Shown: piece by piece, positions 43,234 through 53,457 of the stretch
Layout: each line of letters opens with the position of its first letter
Position numbering within the stretch: position 1 is the stretch's first letter
Assembly (NCBI GenBank): GCA_963714275.1
Contig: CAVQNT010000006.1
Location: forward strand, 364,149-428,148
Reading direction: 5' to 3'
Length of the DNA stretch: 64,000 bases
DNA from: Candidatus Bathyarchaeota archaeon
GTDB taxonomy: Archaea; Thermoproteota; Bathyarchaeia; Bathyarchaeales; DTEX01
Notes under the pieces: model-generated
The model's input: only the letters and a program-made list of their open reading frames with translations
Databases searched by the model: none
Told to the model about the DNA's origin: nothing
Position numbers and translations under genes: made by a program

Positions 43234-43515
43234 AAAAAGTCGTAAACCGTTTTTTGTGTAAACACCTGTTGCATGCCTTTAAGATATGATAGCTGAGCTG
43301 AGTTAACTACATATGTAATAACATGGGACAAATGGAAATGATACTGCTTTCTTTGTAATATTATGGATTACTTGCTAGCTGACTAAAATAGGTTGGTTAG
43401 AAAACATTCATCTCAGTTATAAAAATAAGTCTGTAAAAACTTTGTTATAAGAGAATTTCCATTTAATTGACTGTTGTGTTGGTTTAATAAAGTTTTGATT
43501 TTTTGTTCTCCTTTT

Positions 43516-44856
43516 TTAGCCGCTGCAGACGTATTGTTCTTGTCCCGTTTTTAGGGGGCAGCCTCCTCCACAGATGTTTAGGGTTGGGCAGTCGTGGCAT
43601 TTTTCTGGGACGTACTTTCGGGCTCTGATCTCAACGCATAAAGGATTTCGCCAAATCTTCTTCCAACTGTCTTTCAGGATGTTGCCCAATGGCGCGAAGT
43701 AGCTTTGGCATGGAATAACCGTTCCATCAGGTTCGATGCACATGCTTATGCGGCAGGCGCTGCAGCTCTTTATTCCCAGCTCGACCTGAAGCGGATTGAG
43801 GACACAGTACTCCGTGGGCGTGTACCACGTGAACTCCATGCCCAGCCTTCGGGCGTGGTTTCTGATTTTTGTCAGAATAGGCTCCAACAAAGCTTCGTCT
43901 AAGGCAAACTCTTTCGCGACTTCTGGAGCTTTCCCTGAGTAGATGAGGCTATTGCAGGCGAACTGTTTCAGCCCAAGGCTGCTGAGGAAGTCAATCGTCT
44001 TCAAGATGTCTCGGACGTTGTATTGGTTCAGAGTCGTGTTGCTAAGCGTGTAGATTGGCGAGGCGATGGCGTTCTTGAGCCCTTGAACTGTTTCTTCCCA
44101 GCTTCCCTTGACTCCCGTGATCTTGTCGTGAACCTTTGGGTCGTAGGACTCAACCGTCACTTGAACGTGGTCCAAGCCAGCATCAACGAGAGAATTGAAG
44201 TAGGACTCTTCCCTGAGTCTGCGACCGTTCGTGACGAGTCCGCTGACTAACCCGATCTCTTGGGTGTAGGCGACGAGCTTAGGGAGGTCGTCTCTCAACG
44301 TCGGTTCGCCGCCTGTGAAGACCACGTGAGGGATGCCAAGCTTCAAAAGTTTGTCCATCACTTTTCGCCATTCTTCGGTTGTCAGCTCCTTGGTCTCTCT
44401 TGGTCCCCCAGCATAACAATGAAGACACTTATTGTTGCAGTGGTAGGTTATGGCTAAGTCCATTCTATAGGGCGCGCTTAACTCCTTCTGGAAGGGTTCC
44501 ATCTTGTCAACGCCGAGGTAAGAGACGGGGCACACGTCAGGCGTCTTCGCGAAAGTGTTAACAACAAACAAGACATCTTGGTAATCCTTGAGCGCGGTTT
44601 CAGCGTCAACCTTGTACCGTTTTTGGACTTTTCTGATTACTTCTTCTTCTGTCTCGTTCTCTATGAAGGAGTGGACGTATTCTGCTGCTGTGCGGTTGAG
44701 GAAAAGGACACGGGACCCGTTGATGATGAGTACGCCGTCGCCATCCTCTTCAAAGCGAAGATGAAGACGAAGCCCCCGATAGTCGCCGTTCTCAACCTTA
44801 AGGTGATGTAGAGAAACCTTCCGTTTCGAACCTAAAATCTTTCCCAGTTTACTCAA
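43516..44856 (-). CDS. radical SAM/SPASM protein with N-terminal PqqD/RRE-like region
   Basis: CNNKCLHC, FTGGEP, SPASM cysteines C..C(IPC)..CHDC.....CGGGC; N-terminal VLFLN.TAA...helical domain. Confidence 0.9.
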   Translation of the reverse strand: MSKLGKILGSKRKVSLHHLKVENGDYRGLRLHLRFEEDGDGVLIINGSRVLFLNRTAAEYVHSFIENETEEEVIRKVQKRYKVDAETALKDYQDVLFVVNTFAKTPDVCPVSYLGVDKMEPFQKELSAPYRMDLAITYHCNNKCLHCYAGGPRETKELTTEEWRKVMDKLLKLGIPHVVFTGGEPTLRDDLPKLVAYTQEIGLVSGLVTNGRRLREESYFNSLVDAGLDHVQVTVESYDPKVHDKITGVKGSWEETVQGLKNAIASPIYTLSNTTLNQYNVRDILKTIDFLSSLGLKQFACNSLIYSGKAPEVAKEFALDEALLEPILTKIRNHARRLGMEFTWYTPTEYCVLNPLQVELGIKSCSACRISMCIEPDGTVIPCQSYFAPLGNILKDSWKKIWRNPLCVEIRARKYVPEKCHDCPTLNICGGGCPLKTGQEQYVCSG

Positions 44857-46474
44857 CTACCTTGCACCTCCATGGGCACAGGCGCACGCACAACTCACGC
44901 AGGCACATGCGCACGCGCAGTGAGCACAGGCACACACGCAACTTGGGGAGCCTCTAACTGAACCTTGGCTTACTGGCGTTGGAGCCTGAACTATGCGGTT
45001 TGTGAAGGCTTGAACGTTTTTCACCATACTGTTCGCGGATGTTTGTAAGCCTTTGACGATGTTGTTAGCAAAGTCTTGTCCAGGTATGGGTTGGCTCGGA
45101 GTCTTAGCAGGAACAGGGATTCCTGCTGGGACTGCTACTGGACCAGATGGGTTTTGAGGACCATGCCAGTACCACCACCATCCGGGGCTGGGAACAATGA
45201 CAATGTTTGATGGGAAGGCGTCTTTGAACTTGTTGTCGAACCTGTCATCTGCGAGGAGCCACTCTATGTTTTGGTCCAGAGCATCCCCCTTTAATTCAGG
45301 TGTGCCAGCCTGCGTAACTTGGTCCCAAGCCTTGTTGACCACGGATTGATAGTAGTTCACTGTGTCGTTCCTCGAGTAACCTCGCATCTTCTGGTCAACA
45401 TTGTCCCTTAGGTCCAAGAAGGTCCGTGCGAGCTTCACTTCGTCTAGGCTTCCATCTGGCTGTAAAGCTTCTAAATATTCAATTTCGTAATATCGCAGAT
45501 CGGGAGGAGACTCAACAACGCTCTTTAGCCTTTGAATCTTGATAAGAGGGTCAGTTTCAGTGACCATGACAACCCGTTTATAGAGAAGCCCAAAAAGAAC
45601 CATTGAAAGAACGCGAACAGGCTTCAAGTCGAGGACAACAGCTGCCTCAACAGATGTGAGATTCCGCGCCGCACCAAGCGCCTCAACAGTCTATCAGTGG
45701 CTTTACATAATCGACTTTTCTGAAGTTCGAAACGATCACCATTACAACGCCAACTGCAGTCAATATTGCTGCTCCAATAATAACATAAGTCAGAGTGTCG
45801 GGGCCTGGAAGATTTATGTAATTTTCCGGGAAAGAAACTCCTACCAAAAATTCTTGACCAGGCGACCAATTATTTCTTTCCCAATAGACAACAAGGTTGC
45901 TATCCTGTGAATAGACATTATCAAAGGTCACGTTGTCGAAGTACATTACTTCGTTACTGTTGACCCCACTTGGAAGCACTATTGCCACGCGAATATTGCC
46001 TATTGTGCCCTGAGCATCAGGAAAGGTTGTGGGGTAAAATTGCATTCCATAATATCCTTGGTTCGTCTGATCTGGGGAAAGCATTTCGGGAACCATGGCA
46101 TATACTAGAAAAGTGTTAGGTTGGTTCAAAACTGGTCGGGAGTTTAAGGTCACATCAATAACGAAGTTATCGCCACTTGAAACATCTGTGTAGTCGAGGG
46201 TATTGCCTGAAAGGTCCTGAACTGAAGTGATTTGGAACCCTCCTTTAGGCATTCCCACAGTAACGATTCCTTGAGGATTTCCACCCATATAGGTCATTGT
46301 AATGTTATACATGAGGTTGATGGAACGATCCGTGTTTACCGTGATTTGAACCCATACTTTGTCTACAGTATACGTTATGGGATTCTGAGCTTTATTTACA
46401 GACAAAGGAACACAGAGAACAAGTGCGACAAGAAAGACTAAGACTAGGCTGAAGGACCGATTCTTTGTTACCAT
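44857..46474 (-). CDS. membrane protein with extracellular DUF2207-like domain and Cys-rich C-terminal tail (frameshift near 45690)
   Basis: signal peptide, beta-rich domain, TM helix, ends SCVCACAHCACACACVSCACACAHGGAR; removing one base joins the two ORFs. Confidence 0.8.
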
Positions 46475-46824
46475 GTCGGCTCCTCTGTTAACTCGAACTT
46501 GCTATTGCAGTAGCTGCAGGTGAGATACGGTTTTCCAGTTATTATTTCAACTTTGGTTGGGTCCACAACTGCGTTACATGTCGGGCAACGAACTTCTTTC
46601 ACAGCCACGGGTCCTGTTACGATTAGGGTTTGCTTGATTTCTATCGGCTTCTTTTCTCTTGTGAAGATTATGATCAGGATTGCGACTCCGAGGAAGACTA
46701 GTCCTTCGAAGAAATATGTTATCCCGAGGTTCGAGGACATTATGAAAATGATTGCCAAAAAAATGAGGATGACAGAAGCGGCGTAGTAAGATATTTCAGT
46801 GGTCCTTTGGCCATCTTTCGTCAA
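46468..46824 (-). CDS. two-TM protein with C-terminal zinc ribbon
   Basis: two hydrophobic helices, CPTC..CSYC, ends EEPTW. Confidence 0.8.
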   Translation of the reverse strand: MTKDGQRTTEISYYAASVILIFLAIIFIMSSNLGITYFFEGLVFLGVAILIIIFTREKKPIEIKQTLIVTGPVAVKEVRCPTCNAVVDPTKVEIITGKPYLTCSYCNSKFELTEEPTW

Positions 46825-46885
46825 CCCGCCAGTAACAACGCCTGCTGTTGTTCGAATGCTTCTGCTTCAATTTCTTCTCTGAGGA

Positions 46886-47863
46886 TTATGCGAACTTTTC
46901 TCCGCATTCAGGGCAGAACTTGGAGCTCGTAGGAATTGAGTGACCGCATTTGGGGCATTTCATTATGGCGGCTGAGGGAGGCGTAAGAGAGGTTCCGCAT
47001 TCAGGACAGAACTTTGATGTAGCTGGAACATGTGCGTTGCATTTGGGGCATATCACTAGTACGGCAGTGAGCGCTTGTGTCTGACCCTGAGGGGTCATAA
47101 TTTGAGGTATGAGCACCATGCCCGTTCCCAAGGCTGCTCCGCCACCACCGGACTTCCCAAGCTCTGCAGCAGCTGTTTTCACCGTTTCCATGCGTAGGAC
47201 CGTGTCCGCTGAAGTTCCACCAGTTTTAAGCCAAAATAGCCGTTCACGATACTCAGGTGTGGTGTCGATGCCTTCGAAACGTAGATCGGTTAGTTCGATG
47301 CCTAAGCGTTGGAAGTAGTCTAAGACCGAATTTTTAACAATCACAGACGTCTCGTTAAGCCTAGTGAAGACAGTGACCAAGTCGTAGTGGGAAAGTTCTC
47401 CGATTATCTTTTCGTTTAGGAAGCCTCGGAGGAAGTTGTTGACATCTTCTGTTGTGTAGACGTTTTGTCCGCCGACGACTTCGTTCACGAACAGCGATGC
47501 GTTTTCGATTTTGAACAGGAACTGCCCAAATATTTGAAGCGGAGCCAACTCAGTAGTTTGTGCGCGTGTACCCCATTTGCCATTAAAAACTTTAGTGCTG
47601 ATGTAGATGACTGCTGCTTTAAATGGCTTGTTGCTGCCGAACCCTGCAAGACGCGTCAGCAAACCTGTAAGCAAAGGCAGATTCAACGTTGTCAGTGTAT
47701 GCCTGCCAGCATTGAAAACATCGTAGGATTTGCCATCCCTAAAGAACACTGCCATTTCGTACTCATGCACGATAAGTTGGGCGCCCCATGTAATATCTTC
47801 GTTTGGGTACCTCCAAATTATATCGTCTGGACCAGCATTTGTCCATTCTATAACTTGTGGCAT
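46886..47863 (-). CDS. SPFH (band 7) domain protein with double zinc ribbon
   Basis: IIWRYP, QLIV.E...AVF.RDGK, GRHTL.T.NLP, CPKC..KFCPECG twice. Confidence 0.9.
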   Translation of the reverse strand: MPQVIEWTNAGPDDIIWRYPNEDITWGAQLIVHEYEMAVFFRDGKSYDVFNAGRHTLTTLNLPLLTGLLTRLAGFGSNKPFKAAVIYISTKVFNGKWGTRAQTTELAPLQIFGQFLFKIENASLFVNEVVGGQNVYTTEDVNNFLRGFLNEKIIGELSHYDLVTVFTRLNETSVIVKNSVLDYFQRLGIELTDLRFEGIDTTPEYRERLFWLKTGGTSADTVLRMETVKTAAAELGKSGGGGAALGTGMVLIPQIMTPQGQTQALTAVLVICPKCNAHVPATSKFCPECGTSLTPPSAAIMKCPKCGHSIPTSSKFCPECGEKFA

Positions 47864-47864
47864 G

Positions 47865-48401
47865 TTAATTCACTCCTAAGATTACTTCTTCACGTTTATC
47901 AAACGTGTCCTCTAAACTTTCAAGTTTGTCAGTAACATTCTGAAGCCGAGTCTTCAGGTTCGCAGTTACGCCGCTGGCTAATTCTGCTTTCAAAGCGTCG
48001 ATTTCAGTAGCCAATGCATTTATGCCTTCTAGAAGCTGGTTATCGAAATCTATCATACGATCAAGGTTTTTCTCTCTGACTTTGACAGCGTCAAAAAAGC
48101 CGCTATACCCGTAAGACGCATGATTAACTTTCTCAACGAGACGATCCATCTTAGCTAATAGGCGGTCCATTTCAGTCAGGACGTCGAAGTAACGGCGGTC
48201 AGCCAACTTCTGCGAAATTTCCCTGAGGTTAGTCTTAGCCGTGGACAGTTTCAGATATAGGTGATTCCTGATTAGCCTGTCGGATTCTCTGCGGAGTTCC
48301 TTCTCTTTGTAGCCTTTGAACCCCGGAACCTTATCCATAACCTTTTCTGAAAGCCGCATTTCTTCCTTGGCTTTCCCGTAAACGTCTTTTCTTTCGCTCA
48401 A
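47865..48401 (-). CDS. conserved helical hypothetical protein (first gene of the SPFH operon)
   Basis: PGF.GY..KE.RRE.D.L.R, YGYSGFFDAVK, L...D; likely TTG start at 48401. Confidence 0.75.
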   Translation of the reverse strand: MSERKDVYGKAKEEMRLSEKVMDKVPGFKGYKEKELRRESDRLIRNHLYLKLSTAKTNLREISQKLADRRYFDVLTEMDRLLAKMDRLVEKVNHASYGYSGFFDAVKVREKNLDRMIDFDNQLLEGINALATEIDALKAELASGVTANLKTRLQNVTDKLESLEDTFDKREEVILGVN

Positions 48402-48525
48402 AGATTTTCCCTCTCCAATATCTGTTAAAGTCGAGAGATTTAAAGTATAACCCTGTTTTTGGGCATTTTTAATAATTTTCCCGAGCAGCCATACCATTTC
48501 GCGTCATTAAACCATCTTCTGACTG

Positions 48526-48628
48526 GTCTGATTTGTGTAATATCCAACTTTCAATTTTGTGTAACATACGGTGCTGTCTTCGACCTGTCTGTTTTGTGTG
48601 ACATTTGAATTTTCCGTTTGTATAACAA
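48526..48628 (+). repeat. dispersed ~103-bp repeat, copy B
   Basis: GTCTGATTTGTGTAA...GACCTGTCTGTTTTGTGTGACA...TTTTCCGTTTG. Confidence 0.85.
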
Positions 48629-48905
48629 TAGCCTATCTATCTATTTGCAGTGTTAGCTAGCTATAGCCAAATCTTCTAAGATACTCAGGATGAGACATCA
48701 CATCAATAACATGGGGATAAATGCCTTCTTTCAGCCATTTATGTTTTGTTCAATGTTAAACATCAATTTTTTAGTAGCTAGATAATAATAACCGTCGTCT
48801 GTGAGCTAGCTGAGCTGAAGTTTATGAAAGCTAGCTGACTTTTCGTCTTTTTCGCTTTTTTCTTGACGAGATAAGCTTAATATATCTTGGTTTCTTTATC
48901 AAGGT

Positions 48906-49020
48906 GAAGTAGGATGGGTCTAAAGTAAGAAGAATTCAGAAAGTTCAAGTTGCTTTAACTTCTTTTTGTCTTCTCCTATACTTTGTCGCGATCTTACTTC
49001 TCGTTGACCAGAAGCGAGGT
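48906..49020 (+). promoter_or_regulatory. structured 5' leader of the TRAM gene
   Basis: GAAGTAGGAT/ATCTTACTTC outer stem with nested pairings, plus a small hairpin overlapping the GAGGTG SD. Confidence 0.45.
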
Positions 49021-49027
49021 GAAACAT

Positions 49028-49283
49028 ATGGCATACAGAGATAGAGGTAGCGGTTTTCGGAGCAACAGACTTCAGCTACAAGGCTCCAGTGGAGCTGGGA
49101 AAAGTCTACGAAGCTGATATTGTAGAGATGAGTCAAAGGGGAGACGCGGGAGTAGCTAAGGTTCAGGGCTTCGTGGTCTTCGTCTCGGAGGCTAAACCTG
49201 GTGATCACGTCAAGATTAAGATTACCAAGATTGGCAGACGATATGCTACAGCTGAAGTTGTTAAAACTGAAGATGAAAAGTAG
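49028..49283 (+). CDS. single-TRAM-domain RNA chaperone (frameshift near 49069)
   Basis: APVE.G..Y...I......GD.GVAKV.GFVVFV...KPGD.V.I.I. Confidence 0.9.
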
Positions 49284-49341
49284 GTTCGAGCGAAAATAAG
49301 CGTATGTAAAGTAAGGTAATACAGTTTAGGGAACGAATGCG

Positions 49342-49989
49342 ATGCGAAAAGAGTTCTGGAATTATAGTAGTAGGGGGAGGCGTCCCGGCAGCGACAACTC
49401 ATACAAAGACAGAAAAGCGATTGAGTATCTTTCCATTATCGCGTTGAAGTACAACGTTAAATCGAGCGAGTTCTTTGATTGTGTCGTGAAAGCTTGGAAT
49501 CAGGAGAAAACAAAATGTAACAAACTTGACATCGTCTGTCGGCAAAAAACGAAAGACTCAGCGACGTTCCTCTTTACGTCGAACCAGGATGTTGTGTCCC
49601 AATTTTCTATTCCAACTTCGATTTTTCAAAGGAAGGATCCGCTTAAGGATTGCATACGGATGATTTCTGATAGGACGTCGACGGAGGATGTTGCGAATCC
49701 TAAGATTGAGGATTTGAAAGCTGGGATGAAACGGATCAATCTTTCGGCGAAGGTTCTTGAGGTTCCTGAACCGAACAGGGTCTACACGAGGTCTGGCACA
49801 GAAGCATACGTTTCAAACGTTCTCATCGGCGACGAAACCGGGAAAATCAGGATGAGCTTATGGAACCAGCAGATTAACGCGATATCTAAAGGTGTAACGG
49901 TCAGGGTTCAGAATGGCGCGGTGACTAGGTTCCGAGGCGACCTTCAGTTGAGGATTGGAAAGAACGGAAGACTAAACGTCATCGGATAA
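49342..49989 (+). CDS. OB-fold (SSB/RPA-like) protein with N-terminal extension
   Basis: KI.DLK.GM..INL.AKV, GDETG.I...LW, FRG.LQL.IG. Confidence 0.85.
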   Translation: MRKEFWNYSSRGRRPGSDNSYKDRKAIEYLSIIALKYNVKSSEFFDCVVKAWNQEKTKCNKLDIVCRQKTKDSATFLFTSNQDVVSQFSIPTSIFQRKDPLKDCIRMISDRTSTEDVANPKIEDLKAGMKRINLSAKVLEVPEPNRVYTRSGTEAYVSNVLIGDETGKIRMSLWNQQINAISKGVTVRVQNGAVTRFRGDLQLRIGKNGRLNVIG

Positions 49990-50434
49990 AGCATATACGA
50001 AGATATTCTGTCTTAAGATGACCAAATCCAGAATAGATTCTTAATTGTGCAGTAACAACTGGCAATCAATCTAACTAAGAAGGTTTAGTTCAGCCATCAA
50101 GTTTACTCTAGAGAATAATATTTTGTAAGCAAAAATATTATGCAGTTTTGGATGGAGATGCCTTTTTTTCTTCTTTTTTCGGGGGGTGCGCTTTTTGGGT
50201 GTGTGCGTCAAGTTCTTTCTTGCTTGCGAAGGCTCTTCCGCAGACGGTGCACTTATAATTTTTTGCCATTTGTATCCACAGTTTGTATGTGTTCAGCCGT
50301 CCATATTAAACTTTCTAGTTTTGTCTTAGATAAGTTTAAAAGGAAGGTCAACTGTTTTGTGGGCAGCGCAGGAAGCAAAGATTCTAGAATTAGACTTTAT
50401 TCTTGCAAGCAAAATGAACAGGAGTGAAAGTAGT

Positions 50435-50590
50435 ATGGAAAGACGTGAAATGCACAAAGCAGTTTGCGCTGATTGTGGTCAGGAATGCGAAGTTCCCTTC
50501 AAACCCGACGGCACAAGACCAGTATACTGCAAAGAGTGCTTTGCTAAGAGAAGGCCAGCAAGATCAGATCGTTCTTATAGGCGATACTAA
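50435..50590 (+). CDS. CxxC-x17-CxxC domain protein
   Basis: CADC-17 aa-CKEC with VPFKP...RPVY. Confidence 0.9.
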   Translation: MERREMHKAVCADCGQECEVPFKPDGTRPVYCKECFAKRRPARSDRSYRRY

Positions 50591-50727
50591 ACATTGAACG
50601 TACTGGTTAACAGCAGATTTTAGTTTCAATTAATTTTTTTTCTTTTTTATTTTTTTCGTTTTCTCGCAGTCTGTTTTATTATCGTTTTTGATTAGGTTTA
50701 AGTGTCGGTCTCAACATTTCTGTCGGT

Positions 50728-51739
50728 ATGGATAAAGAGAATGTTTTTGTCGTTTTTGTTAAGCCGAACACGGTTGCCCTTGAACGTGGACCTGTGCCTC
50801 AGGCTAAAGAGGGACAGGTGTTAATCAGGACCCGGAAGACGCTCATCAGCACGGGCACGGAGACTCACCATTTTAAGTGGCGAATTTCCCAAGGATTCTG
50901 TTTGGGCAAAGTACGGCGTGTTTCCGTTTCAGGCTGGGTACGACAACATCGGCACGGTTGTTGATGTCGGAAAAAATGTCAATAGTGAACTTTTTGGAAA
51001 GAGGGTGGCAACGTACAGTGTACACGCAAAGTATGTTACATCAGGTCAGGATGAGTTAAGGCTTGTGAGGGACGAGGTCTCGGATGAGGAGGCTGTTTTC
51101 TTCACGATTGCTGAAATAGTTTTGAACGGCGTGAGGCGGGCAAATGTTAGACTCGGTGACTCGGTCGTCATTTATGGCGCTGGGCTGCTGGGGCAGCTTG
51201 CTGCAAGGTTTTGTAGGCTTTGCGGCGCAAGACCTGTGATGGTCGTCGACGTTTCAGACGAGAGGCTGAAGATGCTTCCTCAAGACTCTGCGGTTATCAG
51301 GGTTAATCCTAAGGATTGTGATGTAGAAAAAACAGTTTTTACGCATACTAAGGGAAGGAAGGCTAACGTAGTCTTTGAGGTCACGGGGAATCCGAGTTTG
51401 ATTCCTTCCGAGTTTAAGGCTCTCGGCATGCAGGGACGCTTCGTTGTCTTAAGCAGCCCCAGAGGTCCCACGTTGTTCGATTTTCATGACTTGTGCAATT
51501 CGCCGAGCTTCACGATTATTGGCACCCACAATAGTTCGCATCCGCCTGTTGAATCGCCTGACAACCCGTGGACCAAGAAGAGGAACGACGAGTTTTTCTT
51601 CGACCTGATCGCTTCAGACGAAATTAACGTTAAGGGACTCATTTCGCACCGCGAATCCTACAAGAAAGCGTCTGAACTGTACCAAATGCTGCTGAAGGAC
51701 AGAACCCAAGCAATGGGCGTAATACTGGATTGGACATAA
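50728..51739 (+). CDS. zinc-binding alcohol dehydrogenase family (frameshift near 50863)
   Basis: IS.GTE, GY..IG, GAGLLG. Confidence 0.85.
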
Positions 51740-51791
51740 TCAATTATTCAAATTATTTTTTTTGTGCTTACGAGCTGAAGCTTCTCGTCTA

Positions 51792-51894
51792 GTCTGATTT
51801 GTGTAACATCCGACTTTCAATTATGCATAACAAACGGAATCGTCCTAGACCTGTCTGTTTTGTGTGACATTAGAATTTTCCGTTTGCATGACAA
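51792..51894 (+). repeat. dispersed ~103-bp repeat, copy C
   Basis: colinear with copy B over the same length. Confidence 0.85.
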
Positions 51895-51955
51895 TACTTA
51901 ATCCGTGAAGGCAGTCCTGTTTTGCGGCTTATTATTTCCATTGTTTTGGGGTTTT

Positions 51956-53209
51956 TTAGAGGGTTGTGTCGAGATAAACTTGTTCCGTAAGCTCTGCAAC
52001 ATTTCCAATGCTTTCGACAGCAGCACAATTTACGGTGTGTGTTCCATCACCATACCCTGCGAGCGTAAAAGAACCCGTATATTCTTGCCATTCCCCGCTG
52101 TCTATTCTGTACATGGTTGCCAGTATCCCGCTCGCATCGTATGCTGAAATGGTGAAGGTCGTTTGGTAATTGACGTGCTTCTCAGCGCCCTCCGAACTGT
52201 ATGAAAGCGCTAAATCGGGGGGAGTCTTATCGGTACCGTAGCTCAACACCAAGCTTTCTATCCCCGCCATGAACGCGTTCGAAGGGTTCATATCTGACCC
52301 TTCCACCTCGAAATATCTCGCCCTTGCGGTCCACCCCATTCTTCCGAGCCATTCTGTTCCCGTCTGAGTTGTTGCTATGCCTTGATCTATGAAGTACCAG
52401 TCTTGTATGCTTTCTCCCAGCAGGTTTTGGAAGCGGCTGGTCATTGCGTAGGCGTATTCGCCAGAATACCAAATCTGCGTGGGGAAGTTTGTGGCAAAAG
52501 TTGTCACGAGAGCTTCTTTCCATTCTGTTTGGTTAAACCAGCCGTCTGCTGTTCCTCGCTCGTAAACCGTTTGCCATGCGTAGCTCGGCTCCGACCACAT
52601 GACCTTCTTCCCCATCTTCCATGCTTCGTGTATGCAGTCGTTTACATAGTCCCAATCGGTGTTGTTTATTGCGGTGTTCCAGTTCCAACCATTTTGGGAA
52701 GCCACGTATGTCATTAATTCGTGTATGTACAATCCTGCGCACCATGGTCTGTTTAGGGCGTTCTTGACTTGATCTAGATTTTTGTCCAAGTATATGTCCT
52801 TCCCGTCGTAACTGACGAAGTCTGATGAGATGGCAGTGTAGTAGTACATTACTTTGTTGTTCTCCGCAAACAGCATGTCCGACGTTGGGACGCTTACGCT
52901 GCTTCTCGTCTTGAAGAACGCGCAACTCCAGCTTTTGTAGGCATTGTACCAGCTTGGATTACTGCCATACGCATGCAACGAATAAATGAAGCGTGCGCTG
53001 TCGGCGGGAGGCAAAGGCGGAAAAGACTCTGAAGCGATTATGTTCTGAAGGAAGTTTATTTGGGAATTCAAGAAGTCTATTTGAGAATTTAGACTACTGA
53101 TTATTGAGGCGTAATTTATTATCGCCCCCACTAAACTGGCTACCAGCATTACGCATATTATCATTAAGATGATGGCTACATTTCTGAATACAGCTTTCTT
53201 CTCACTCAC
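51956..53209 (-). CDS. secreted/membrane-anchored protein with C-terminal Ig-like (OmpL47-type) domain
   Basis: N-terminal TM, short coiled coil, aromatic-rich core, D.TPP...D.SG....YRID...W..Y...F...G.HTV. Confidence 0.75.
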   Translation of the reverse strand: MSEKKAVFRNVAIILMIICVMLVASLVGAIINYASIISSLNSQIDFLNSQINFLQNIIASESFPPLPPADSARFIYSLHAYGSNPSWYNAYKSWSCAFFKTRSSVSVPTSDMLFAENNKVMYYYTAISSDFVSYDGKDIYLDKNLDQVKNALNRPWCAGLYIHELMTYVASQNGWNWNTAINNTDWDYVNDCIHEAWKMGKKVMWSEPSYAWQTVYERGTADGWFNQTEWKEALVTTFATNFPTQIWYSGEYAYAMTSRFQNLLGESIQDWYFIDQGIATTQTGTEWLGRMGWTARARYFEVEGSDMNPSNAFMAGIESLVLSYGTDKTPPDLALSYSSEGAEKHVNYQTTFTISAYDASGILATMYRIDSGEWQEYTGSFTLAGYGDGTHTVNCAAVESIGNVAELTEQVYLDTTL

Positions 53210-53339
53210 TGTTGATAACCTTACACTGTTTTTTTATGTTGTTCAACTTGACGCGGTAAATAGTTTCTGGAACAAAAAGAGAGTTGAACTTCCTAAAATA
53301 GGCATTTCTGAATGCTTACGAGCTAAAACTAATTATCCG

Positions 53340-53396
53340 GTCTGTTTTGTGTAACAAATGGCAACTAAAAAAAGATAGGTCTGATTTGTTCGACAA
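53340..53396 (+). repeat. partial copy D of the dispersed repeat
   Basis: GTCTGTTTTGTGTAACA and GTCTGATTTGTTCGACAAC boxes. Confidence 0.6.
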
Positions 53397-53457
53397 CCAA
53401 AAAACAATAATGAACAATAAATTATGATCCAAATACATTTTTTGTTAAAAAAAATTT

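Noticed and set aside
44857-44944. Microsatellite-like (GCAC)n DNA repeat
   Set aside because: Codon usage varies while Cys-Ala is kept, so the repeat is at the protein level.
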